DNA of 64,000 bases from an uncultured Acidobacteriota bacterium (GTDB lineage Bacteria; Acidobacteriota; Blastocatellia; RBC074), in contig CAWCKY010000006.1 of NCBI GenBank assembly GCA_963796275.1, forward strand, positions 512,001 to 576,000, given 5' to 3'. Under the pieces are notes generated by a model. The model did not search any database. It was not told the DNA's origin and saw nothing but the letters and a program-made list of their open reading frames with translations. Below, piece after piece: positions 28,885-37,997 of the stretch. The first letter of the stretch is position 1; each line of letters begins with the position of its first letter. Made by a program: the position numbers and the translations under genes.

Positions 28885-29745
28885 TTATGATTGAGCGAGA
28901 AACTTCTTTGTCTCGGTAAGGAAGATTTCCAACTGATCGTGATGCACCCAGTGGCCGGCATCCGGCACCTTTACGATCTTGTAGTTTTTCAAAGCTGACG
29001 CCCGGCCATCAGTCTCCGGATCGATCGACCAGCTCTCCATACCCCAAAACAACAATACCGGACAAGTGATCCGACCCAGAATCTGCCTTACATCATCCTG
29101 GTGGTGACCATGAGGTGGGAATGGGCGCGCGAAGTTATCGAATTTCCAGATCAGCGATCCATCGGAGTTCCAATTCGTTCCGTGCAGCGTAAGATGCCGA
29201 GCGACATCATCGGTGAGATGTGGGTTTGCCTCCTTCATCCGATTAACTGCCGAGTCGAGCGTCGGGTAACTGCGGGGCTCCCGTTTCTCGATGCTGCGGA
29301 TCTCGTCGATCCATCTTCTCAGCCGCTTGGGCGCAGGATCATGTACGTGATGAGTGGGGGGCGGCCCTAAACCTTCGATCGAAACGACCTTCTGGACGCG
29401 CTCGGGAAAGACGCCGGTATATGCCAGAACAATTATGCCACCGAGCGAGTGGCCGATGAGATAGATCGGGTAATCGTTTATCACGTCAGCGAGAGCTGAG
29501 AGATCGAGTACGTGTTCGGCAATTGTGTAGGATGCGCCGGGTGCATGCTGGCTGTTACCGTGACCTCTAAGATCGACCGCGTAGATGTGAAAGTCATCTC
29601 GTAACGCGCGCGCCACCCAATCCCAATTGCGCGCGTGATCGAGGCCGCCATGAACCAATATCAACGTCGGCTTGCCCTCAGTGCCCCAATCCCAGAACTG
29701 CAGTTTAAGACGATGGGAGTAGAAGAAATGTGAGATGGGTTCCAA
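28885..29745 (-). CDS. alpha/beta hydrolase
   Basis: LVHGG, DLRGHGNS, GHSLGG nucleophile, AGHWVHHD. Confidence 0.92.
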   Translation of the reverse strand: MEPISHFFYSHRLKLQFWDWGTEGKPTLILVHGGLDHARNWDWVARALRDDFHIYAVDLRGHGNSQHAPGASYTIAEHVLDLSALADVINDYPIYLIGHSLGGIIVLAYTGVFPERVQKVVSIEGLGPPPTHHVHDPAPKRLRRWIDEIRSIEKREPRSYPTLDSAVNRMKEANPHLTDDVARHLTLHGTNWNSDGSLIWKFDNFARPFPPHGHHQDDVRQILGRITCPVLLFWGMESWSIDPETDGRASALKNYKIVKVPDAGHWVHHDQLEIFLTETKKFLAQS

Positions 29746-29768
29746 TACTGTAATCCTTCCTCAGAAAT

Positions 29769-29856
29769 AGTATTCAGTATTCAGTTTTTAGTTTTCAGTT
29801 TGCGGTTTAAGCTGCCGATCGAGACGTTCTATCTGAAAACTGAAAACTGAAAACTG
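29769..29856. repeat. inverted heptamer tandem-repeat element
   Basis: Left arm (AGTWTTY)x4, right arm (CTGAAAA)x3. Confidence 0.7.
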
Positions 29857-30066
29857 CTGTTATGCTATCGCGGCCAATGAACGACATCAAGAAAGGCAGC
29901 GCGATACATTTTTTCGGATTCGATCCTCTAAATTTTCGGATGTTGTTTGTTACCGATCTTCTTTATCTCACCGGATTTAACTTCACTATAATTATTAAAT
30001 ATTGTAATGGCATTGGATAGCTGAAATCCATGATTACCTATTTCTCATCGACGAATTAAGATTTGG

Positions 30067-30083
30067 ATGGAATATGACTTGCC
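30067..30083 (+). promoter_or_regulatory. putative sigma54 promoter
   Basis: ATGGAATATGACTTGCC (GG-N10-GC), about 210 bp upstream of start 30293. Confidence 0.7.
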
Positions 30084-30292
30084 TCTTTTGAAATCAGTGG
30101 ATTACCACGCCACAACTAGGCATACAGAAATAAACGGAAATATTAATAAATAACTGTTCTGAGCGAGGGTGCAGTACAGGGAGTGGAAGAAACCTGCGGC
30201 TTGGTGCTTGGTTAGCCAGCCATCGATGCTCGGGTCTCTAACGCTCGCATACAAATCCGCGTTATCTGTACGCTCACCGGCATAGGAGAACA

Positions 30293-33200
30293 TTGTTGAA
30301 AAACGTATTTATCACATTTTCGATCTGTCTTTTGATATCGCTAAATACAAGTGCGCAGACTGCCGGCACCTCTCGCATAACGGGAGTTGTTCAGGACGCC
30401 ACGGGGGCAGTTATACCTGATGCGAAGGTCATCTTGACGAACGAGGGCACCAATGTTTCGTTCACATTCGACACTACATCGGCGGGTGTTTATGTATTCG
30501 ACGGTATACAGCTCGGTTCATACACGGTGACCGTCGAAAAACAGGGTTTCAAGAGATTTATTGCGAGGAACAACATCCTCACGGTCGGACAACCTTTGAC
30601 GGTCAACGTCAATATGGAGGTTGGAATAGCTAACGATACGATCGAGGTGACCGGTGGTTATGAACGCGTGCAGACATCGACCTCGGGAAACTTCGGCGCG
30701 ACTGTCGACAACAAGATGCTGACCGAATTGCCACTTGGTCTGGATGCGGGCAGTGGCGGTCGTAATCCGCTGGTCTTTGTGCGGCTGCAGCCAGGTGTGG
30801 CGGTCGGCTCCAATACGGGCGGAGGTTCGCATGTTAACGGAGCGCGCGATCGCGCCTTCAACTACACGCTGGACGGAATCGACATCAACGAGTCGTCCGC
30901 CGGAGGAGCGGAATTTTCGCCGCTGCGCACCAATCCCGATAGTCTTCAGGAGTTGCGCGTTATCACGAGTAACGCAACAGCTGAATGGGGGCGGAGCAGC
31001 GGCGCCCAGGTCGCGCTCGTCACCAAATCGGGGACCAATCAATTTCACGGAAACCTATTCTACTTCCATCGCAATGCTGCACTCGCAGCGAATGAGTGGG
31101 CCAACAACCTGAACGGCATAGCCAGACCGGCGCTGCGCCAGCATCAATATGGCGGCGATCTTGGCGGCCCGATTTTCAAAGACCGCACCTTCTTCTTTTT
31201 CAATTATCAGGGCCAGCGCCAGATCTTCCCGGTATCGCGCAACAGAACCGTCTATACCGAGACAGCGAAACAGGGGGTATTCCGTTATGTCGCGGGAGGG
31301 CGCAACACCCCCGCCGGTCAGGCCGGCGCCGGTGTCGATGCTGCGGGCAATCCGTTGCTGCCGCCTTGTAGCGCAACCGTCACAGCCAATTGCATCGCGA
31401 GTTACAACATCGCCGCTAACGATCCGCGCAGGCTCGGCATCGACCCGACCATCCAGGATAATGTCTTGAGCCTGCTCCCGCCGCCCAATAATTTCTCGAT
31501 GGGAGACGGCTTGAACACTGCCGGTTATGTCTATAACGCCACCCGGCTCGACCCACAGCGCGATTTCGTCTTCAAGATCGACCACAAAATAAATGATCTC
31601 CACAACGTATACGTGCGCTATGCCTGGGGGAAGCAGGATACGCTCAATGACACCGCGAATGACGGGGAACCGGCATTTCCTGGATTGCCGGCGAAGGTTA
31701 ATACGACGCGCGATCCGCGCAACCTGGCGGCGTCCTATCGTTGGGTGATCAAGCCGAGCCTGGTCAACGAGGTAGTGGGAGGCTTCAACCATTTCACGTT
31801 CGATTTCATCAATCCCTCGGCAGGGGATCAGGCGTTTTCGATCCTCGGGGTAAATCCGACCGATCCGCTCGATTTCACGTGGGGCAATCTGCGAACGATC
31901 AATACCTATCAGATCGTGGATAACCTGAGCTGGACCAAGGGCGCACATCTGATCAAGACCGGTATCAATTTTCGTTATCAGCAGCACGAGGACATTCGTG
32001 GCTCGCTGGCGGGGGCCAATGCGCAAACGATCGTCAGGATTCTGGGACCACAATCGACGAGCCAGGCGGTCAACCCGGGCTGTCTCACCGGGGGGCCGGG
32101 AGTTGGAGGGACGACGGGCATCAGCGCGGACGGGCAGGAGCTGTTCTGTTTGCCGTCATTGGGTAATGAGACGGCGGCAGGTATCAACTCGAATGATCGG
32201 ACGAGACTGCAGCACACAATCAACGACCTGCTGGGCCGCGTCTTCGCGGTCACGCGCGGGTTCGCCGCGAATGACACTCTGTCGGGGTATGATGAGCCGG
32301 GCTCGCTCTTCGTCAACGACTCGCGATACGGCGAGTACGATTTCTATCTGCAAGACACGTGGAAACTCCGCCCGAACCTGACGTTAGATATCGGCCTCCG
32401 GTATGAGGCGAAGATGACTCCATTTGCACGCGGACGGCTCTTTGCACCGAATCAGCCGGTCAAGGTTAATGCACCCGCTACCGACGCACTGCGCTGGGAG
32501 GACAAGGACCTCTATGAGAGCGATTTGAATAACTGGTCGCCGAGCATCGGTCTTGCGTGGGACCCACGTGGTGATGGCAAGACCTCGATACGCGCCAACT
32601 ATCGTCTGTCTTATGACCGCATCAATACCTTCCTGTTGTCGAATGCGATCTATAACACCATTCCGGGTGTGACATTCGGCGCGGTCGACACAGAATTCGG
32701 GGTTTCGGGAGGTCCCGTGGGCACCGGAGGGCGCATCAGCGATGGCATCCCCGCGCTTCTCCCACCTGCTGGCTCTAATCCCACAGCTCAGTTGCAGCCG
32801 GCGCCATTCGGATCGGGCAACATAACAGTGATCGATCCCTCATTCCGATCGCCGGCGACCAGCCAATGGCAGCTCGATATTCAACGAGAGATCGGCAGGA
32901 ATATCGTCGTTGAGGTCGCTTACATCGGCCGCCGCGCATCGGGTCTCTTCGGGGCGTACAACATCAATCAGGTAGATATTATCAATAATGGATTTCTGAA
33001 CGAATACAAGACTGTTTCAGCGGGCGGGAACAGCTCGCTCTTCGATCAACTTTTCGCCCCCGACTCACGCCGCAACGTCGCGATGAACGAATCAGGTTCC
33101 GCCTTTGTCCGTCGCCAATTCGCCACCGATATTGCCAACAACAACGTTGCGGCCGTCGCGGCTGACGCGGCGGGGCGCATTCAGGGAGGCCGCTCATTGC

Positions 33201-34090
33201 TTGAGCTTGCCGGGTTGCCGACAACATTCTTCCGCCCGTTTCCGCAGTTTAACGGCATCACGGTGGTCGACTCGAACGACTACTCGACCTATCACGGCCT
33301 GCAGGTAATGGTGCAGCGGAAATTCGCACAAGGCGTGTCGTTTCAGGGTTCATACACATTTTCGAAATCGCTCGATACGCGCTCGTTTGATCCGGCCTTT
33401 ACGACTGTAGATACCATGCCTAGCAGGCAACAGGCAGCGTCGACTCCGTTTGATATCTACCGCCGCTATCTCAACTATGCGCGGTCGGATTTCGATCGGA
33501 CGCATGTCTTCATCGGCTATGCAACCTGGGATCTGCCTTTCGGCAAGAACGGCTTGATCGGCAAAGGAGCCTCCGGATTTCTGCAGCGCTTCATCGAGGG
33601 TTGGAACGTCAATGGCGTTTTGACCGCCGAAACGGGCCGTCCTTTTACGGTCTTTTCCGGCTTCGGCCAGTACAGCAATATCGTCAACTCGACGGCCAAC
33701 TGCGATGGTTGTTCGCGTTATATGGGCGGGATCGATAAGAATGCCGCCAACTTCGGAGGCGTGCCCGGCTATTTTACGACTGAGGATATCGCAAAATTTT
33801 CGCAGCCCGGTCCGGGTGAATTGGGTAATACCGGTCGCAATTATTTCACCGGGCCTGGTCTCTGGAACATCGATATGGCCATCTTGAAGCGCACGAGCTT
33901 CGGGGAGAATAAAAATTTCGAACTGCGCTTCGAGTTTTTCAATGCGCTCAACCACGCGAATTTCGCATTCCCGAACATAAATTTCATGATCCGGAATGCC
34001 GTGCTGAGCAACACATCGTTCGGACGCATTCTGGATACCGGGAGCAACGAATCGCGCAAGATACGCATCGGCGCGAAGATCAACTTCTAA
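30293..34090 (+). CDS. TonB-dependent receptor-like protein (Oar-type), TTG start
   Basis: AGGAG SD; [52 protein letters not shown]-terminal GAKINF. Confidence 0.93.
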   Translation: MLKNVFITFSICLLISLNTSAQTAGTSRITGVVQDATGAVIPDAKVILTNEGTNVSFTFDTTSAGVYVFDGIQLGSYTVTVEKQGFKRFIARNNILTVGQPLTVNVNMEVGIANDTIEVTGGYERVQTSTSGNFGATVDNKMLTELPLGLDAGSGGRNPLVFVRLQPGVAVGSNTGGGSHVNGARDRAFNYTLDGIDINESSAGGAEFSPLRTNPDSLQELRVITSNATAEWGRSSGAQVALVTKSGTNQFHGNLFYFHRNAALAANEWANNLNGIARPALRQHQYGGDLGGPIFKDRTFFFFNYQGQRQIFPVSRNRTVYTETAKQGVFRYVAGGRNTPAGQAGAGVDAAGNPLLPPCSATVTANCIASYNIAANDPRRLGIDPTIQDNVLSLLPPPNNFSMGDGLNTAGYVYNATRLDPQRDFVFKIDHKINDLHNVYVRYAWGKQDTLNDTANDGEPAFPGLPAKVNTTRDPRNLAASYRWVIKPSLVNEVVGGFNHFTFDFINPSAGDQAFSILGVNPTDPLDFTWGNLRTINTYQIVDNLSWTKGAHLIKTGINFRYQQHEDIRGSLAGANAQTIVRILGPQSTSQAVNPGCLTGGPGVGGTTGISADGQELFCLPSLGNETAAGINSNDRTRLQHTINDLLGRVFAVTRGFAANDTLSGYDEPGSLFVNDSRYGEYDFYLQDTWKLRPNLTLDIGLRYEAKMTPFARGRLFAPNQPVKVNAPATDALRWEDKDLYESDLNNWSPSIGLAWDPRGDGKTSIRANYRLSYDRINTFLLSNAIYNTIPGVTFGAVDTEFGVSGGPVGTGGRISDGIPALLPPAGSNPTAQLQPAPFGSGNITVIDPSFRSPATSQWQLDIQREIGRNIVVEVAYIGRRASGLFGAYNINQVDIINNGFLNEYKTVSAGGNSSLFDQLFAPDSRRNVAMNESGSAFVRRQFATDIANNNVAAVAADAAGRIQGGRSLLELAGLPTTFFRPFPQFNGITVVDSNDYSTYHGLQVMVQRKFAQGVSFQGSYTFSKSLDTRSFDPAFTTVDTMPSRQQAASTPFDIYRRYLNYARSDFDRTHVFIGYATWDLPFGKNGLIGKGASGFLQRFIEGWNVNGVLTAETGRPFTVFSGFGQYSNIVNSTANCDGCSRYMGGIDKNAANFGGVPGYFTTEDIAKFSQPGPGELGNTGRNYFTGPGLWNIDMAILKRTSFGENKNFELRFEFFNALNHANFAFPNINFMIRNAVLSNTSFGRILDTGSNESRKIRIGAKINF

Positions 34091-34132
34091 TCAGCTGCGG
34101 AGGCAGAGAGACAGAATCAAGGAGCATATTCC

Positions 34133-37100
34133 ATGAAAGGGCGTTTTAAAGCTTTGCTGATCACCATAGTTCTATCCGTTCTGCTGGTTGCGAACGCATT
34201 CGCCCAGGCGAACTCGCGGATCAGCGGGACTGTGACCGATGCGACGGGCGCCGTCATACCCGGAGCGAAAGTCACGGCCAAAAACGAAGCGACCGGAGTC
34301 ACTCATACCCAAACGACGACTGGGGCCGGGTTGTATTCTTTTCCGGGGCTGCCTGTCGGATCATATTCCGTCATGGTCGAGCTAACCGGTTTCAAGACCA
34401 TCGACAAGAAAAGCAACATCCTCGAAGTCAATACGCCGCTCGTCGTCGATTTTGCGCTCGAGGTAGGGGGGACAAACGAGATAATCAACGTCGAAGGCGG
34501 TTACGAGCGTTTGCAGACAAGCAACGCGACGATCGGTAACGTCGTCCCGCAAAAGGCTATCGAATCGCTCCCGCTGAACGGTCGCAATCCGCTCTCGCTG
34601 ATCACGCTCGAACCCGGGGTCGTCCAGCGCTCGTCCGGCGGCATCGGCGCGGGGGTGCACGTCAACGGCTCGCGCGACCAGGCTTTCAATGTGACGATCG
34701 ACGGCATCGAAGCCAACGAATCGTCGGTCCCGAACCCTGTCTCGAACCTCTACCGGTTGAACCCGGACAACGTTCAGGAGTACAAGGTTACGACCAACAA
34801 CGCCACTCCCGAAGAGGGGCGCAACAGCGGCGCTTCCGTCTCGATCGCCACTCGCGGCGGGCAGAACGAATTTCACGGCACGGTCTTCGAATTCTTGCGC
34901 AACACCGCGCTCAACTCCAACGAATTCTTCGCCAATACGAACGGCACGGAAAAGCCCGATATCAAGCTTCACCAATACGGATTCGAAATCGGCGGGCCGA
35001 TCAGGAAGAACAAGACGTTCTTTTTCGGGAGTTGGCAGGGACAGAACGTGAAGTTCTCGCAGCCGATCGATCAGACTTTCGGTTTCCCGACTATGTTCAC
35101 TCCGACAGCGCTCGCGGGAAAGTTCCGATATCTCAAAGGCGGCGTGAACAGTCCTACGCTCGTCGATCCCCGAACCGGCGCGCTCGCTCCCGGAGTCCGC
35201 GAATGCACGGGTGCCGGCGACACCAGCTGCATCGCCACTTACGACATCTATGCTAACGATCCGCGCGGGATCGGCATCGACCCGGTCATCGCCCAGCTCT
35301 TCAATTCTTATCCGACGCCGAACAATTATTCGATCGGCGACGGATTGAATACCGCGACCTACTCGTGGAATCCGCCGACCGAGACTCAGGGGCCGCATTG
35401 GGCAATCCGCCTCGATCACGTCATCAATGAAAAGAATTCGATCTTCGTACGCTGGCTGCAGGCAGATCAGAATACGCTCCGCGGCGATCCTTTGAACTCT
35501 CGCCCGCAGGTCTTTCCCGGATTTCCGCCGCTCGGCGAAGTCTTCCGCGCGACTAAGAACCTGGCCGTCGGATATCGTTCACAGCTCACGCCGACGATCG
35601 ATAATGAATTTATCGTGGGGTTCGCCCGCTTCGTTTTCCTCTTCACCCAGGCCGAGGCGAATCCCGCCTTTCCGAATATTCCCCCGTATGACTTTGAACT
35701 GGCGGACGTACCCTTCATCAATACGCCGCGCACTTTCCGCGCGGTGACGACGCCGCAATTTATTGACAACATCGGAATCCTGAAAGGTGCGCATCAATTT
35801 CGCGCGGGCATCAACGTGCGTTTCTACCAGCACAACGATCAGCGTGGGCAACCGGGCGGTGTGAACGTCACCCCGACTATTTCGTTCGATCCCCAATTGT
35901 TGCCATCAGAACTGCAACTGAATCCACCTCAGGGTGCGACGGAAGGGATCAGCGCGAACGATCTGGACCGTTTGAATGATACGACCAGCGAACTGCTGGG
36001 TATCCCTTCCCGCTTGACTCAGCTCTATATCGGCGACCTGAATGCCGATGCTTTCCTGCCCTTCACCCGCAACGGCCAGGTATCGCTCTTCGCCGTCGGA
36101 ACCCGTCTGAAGCAATACAACATTTACGCGCAGGACGAATGGAGGCTGCGCCCTAATCTGACGATCAACTATGGGTTGCGAATGGAGCTCAATACGCCGC
36201 CGAAGGAGGCGGCGCAGCGTGTGTACGTCCCCGATCAGCTGATCGACGGCTCGCAGGGGCCGGTCACTTTCAGCCGAGGGAAGAGCTTTTACGAAGACGA
36301 TAACGCGTTGGCTTTCGGCCCGCGTCTGGGCATTGCGTGGAGTCCGGGGCGCAACAACAAGTTCGTTATTCGCACCGGCTACGGCGTCGCGTTCGATCCC
36401 ATATCGTCGTTCCAGGTGACTGCCGTATCGGGACGTCCGCCGGGATTGATCGGCACATGTCAGGTGACTGTCGGCTTAGCGCCTCCGGCGGGCTGCGCAT
36501 CTGTTCAAGCGATCCAGCGCATCGCCGAGGGCTTCCCGACAGAGTTGCCTCCGCCGACGACGAAACCGTCTTCCTTCCTCACCTTGCCGGCCGCGCTCTT
36601 GGGCAACGCGCCTCCGGTTACAGTCTTCGACCAGAAGTTGAAATTGCCCACGGTCCATCAATGGAATTTGAATTTGCAGTATGAACTGCCCATGGGGATT
36701 GTCGCGCAGGGCGCCTACATCGGCCGCCGCGGCACGCGCCTGCTGCGCGCCTACGACATCAACCAGATCGACGCCCAACCGATTTTGCCCGATTTTCTGG
36801 CGATGCAGCAGAATGTGGCCAAAGGTTGTAATCCCGACGGATTGGGCTGTCCCGTGGGCGTGACCGGAGCGCTGATCTCGATCGTCAATTATCCATTGGT
36901 CCCGAATGGTCCGAGAGGCCCGTTGCAGCAGGGTTTTGTCAACTCGACCACGACGAGAACGGACCTGAGACAGAACGGAGCGGGCAATTTTGCCGGACGA
37001 GTCGAGCAGACCACGCTGGATTTGCGGCTGCGCCCGAACCAGCAGTTCAGCAGGATCACCTACATCGACTCGGGCGGAAATTCCTGGTACCACGCCGCGC

Positions 37101-37897
37101 AATTCACTTTGCGCAAACGGTTCGAGAAGGGATTGCTCTTCGGATTGGCTTACACGTTCGGCAAATCAACAGACGACCAGTCTGTCGACCCGGTAGGCCC
37201 GAGTTCGGGCGGCGCACTTTCGACCACAAATTCGCGGACGCCTACGGATGCGCGCAACTGGCGCGGCGAGCGCGGGCGGTCTGATTTCGACCGCACTCAC
37301 GCCTTGTCCGCGAGCGGCCTCTGGGAATTGCCGATCGGTAGAGGGAAATGGCTCAAGACCGACAACGGCATTCTCAATACGATCGCCGGTGGATGGGCGG
37401 TGAACGGCATCTTCACGCGGATGTCTGGAGAGCCGTTCACTCCTCGCAGCGGCGTGAGGACCGCAAATTACTCACACGAATCGCGTGTCGATGTAATCAA
37501 ACCGGTCGAAGCAAAATTGCAGGAAATATCTGATGTGGCTGGCCCCGTGCTTTTCCCCGACAATTCAGCGTTCGCGATCCCACAACCGGGATCGAATGGC
37601 GCCGGTCGCAACATATTCACGGGGCCGAGTTATTGGAACCTGGACATCGGTATTAACAAGAATTTCCAATTGACCGAGCGATTCAAGCTCGATATCCGCA
37701 TGGAGATGTTCAACGCGTTTAACCATACGAACTTCGACAATATCCGCGATGCGTCGATCGAAAACGCATCGAGCTTAACTTCGCCGAACTTCGGCCAGAC
37801 ATGTTGCGCCGCGGTGGCTCCGCCGACGACGCAGACGATCATTCAGACGGGCGAAGCCGCGCGCGTCATTCAGTTCGCAGTGAAGGTGAGGTTCTGA
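34133..37897 (+). CDS. TonB-dependent receptor-like protein (Oar-type), tandem paralog of the 30293 gene
   Basis: AAGGAG SD, 42 bp after the previous stop; [34 protein letters not shown]-terminal AVKVRF. Confidence 0.93.
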   Translation: MKGRFKALLITIVLSVLLVANAFAQANSRISGTVTDATGAVIPGAKVTAKNEATGVTHTQTTTGAGLYSFPGLPVGSYSVMVELTGFKTIDKKSNILEVNTPLVVDFALEVGGTNEIINVEGGYERLQTSNATIGNVVPQKAIESLPLNGRNPLSLITLEPGVVQRSSGGIGAGVHVNGSRDQAFNVTIDGIEANESSVPNPVSNLYRLNPDNVQEYKVTTNNATPEEGRNSGASVSIATRGGQNEFHGTVFEFLRNTALNSNEFFANTNGTEKPDIKLHQYGFEIGGPIRKNKTFFFGSWQGQNVKFSQPIDQTFGFPTMFTPTALAGKFRYLKGGVNSPTLVDPRTGALAPGVRECTGAGDTSCIATYDIYANDPRGIGIDPVIAQLFNSYPTPNNYSIGDGLNTATYSWNPPTETQGPHWAIRLDHVINEKNSIFVRWLQADQNTLRGDPLNSRPQVFPGFPPLGEVFRATKNLAVGYRSQLTPTIDNEFIVGFARFVFLFTQAEANPAFPNIPPYDFELADVPFINTPRTFRAVTTPQFIDNIGILKGAHQFRAGINVRFYQHNDQRGQPGGVNVTPTISFDPQLLPSELQLNPPQGATEGISANDLDRLNDTTSELLGIPSRLTQLYIGDLNADAFLPFTRNGQVSLFAVGTRLKQYNIYAQDEWRLRPNLTINYGLRMELNTPPKEAAQRVYVPDQLIDGSQGPVTFSRGKSFYEDDNALAFGPRLGIAWSPGRNNKFVIRTGYGVAFDPISSFQVTAVSGRPPGLIGTCQVTVGLAPPAGCASVQAIQRIAEGFPTELPPPTTKPSSFLTLPAALLGNAPPVTVFDQKLKLPTVHQWNLNLQYELPMGIVAQGAYIGRRGTRLLRAYDINQIDAQPILPDFLAMQQNVAKGCNPDGLGCPVGVTGALISIVNYPLVPNGPRGPLQQGFVNSTTTRTDLRQNGAGNFAGRVEQTTLDLRLRPNQQFSRITYIDSGGNSWYHAAQFTLRKRFEKGLLFGLAYTFGKSTDDQSVDPVGPSSGGALSTTNSRTPTDARNWRGERGRSDFDRTHALSASGLWELPIGRGKWLKTDNGILNTIAGGWAVNGIFTRMSGEPFTPRSGVRTANYSHESRVDVIKPVEAKLQEISDVAGPVLFPDNSAFAIPQPGSNGAGRNIFTGPSYWNLDIGINKNFQLTERFKLDIRMEMFNAFNHTNFDNIRDASIENASSLTSPNFGQTCCAAVAPPTTQTIIQTGEAARVIQFAVKVRF

Positions 37898-37898
37898 A

Positions 37899-37996
37899 GA
37901 AGAACGGTAGTGAGTTGATAGTTGATAGTTGATAGTTCGTATAGATTGTCGCCACAGTCAATACGAACTATCAACTATCAACTCCTTACTGTTCTT
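37899..37996. repeat. inverted heptamer-repeat hairpin between convergent genes
   Basis: AGAACGGTAG..(GTTGATA)x3 GTTCGTAT / ATACGAAC (TATCAAC)x2 ..TACTGTTCT. Confidence 0.75.
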
Positions 37997-37997
37997 T

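Noticed and set aside
3201-30292. Cobalamin/TPP riboswitches or Fur boxes upstream of the receptors
   Set aside because: No B12-box, TPP core or GATAATGATAATCATTATC-like site recognised in the leaders.
31055-35419. 332-aa and 345-aa antisense ORFs in the tandem receptors
   Set aside because: Shadow ORFs with no domain signal.
37899-37996. Possible CRISPR array or tRNA in repeat-rich intergenic regions
   Set aside because: Repeats are 7-nt tandem units in inverted arms, with no repeat-spacer pattern, no cloverleaf and no cas genes.
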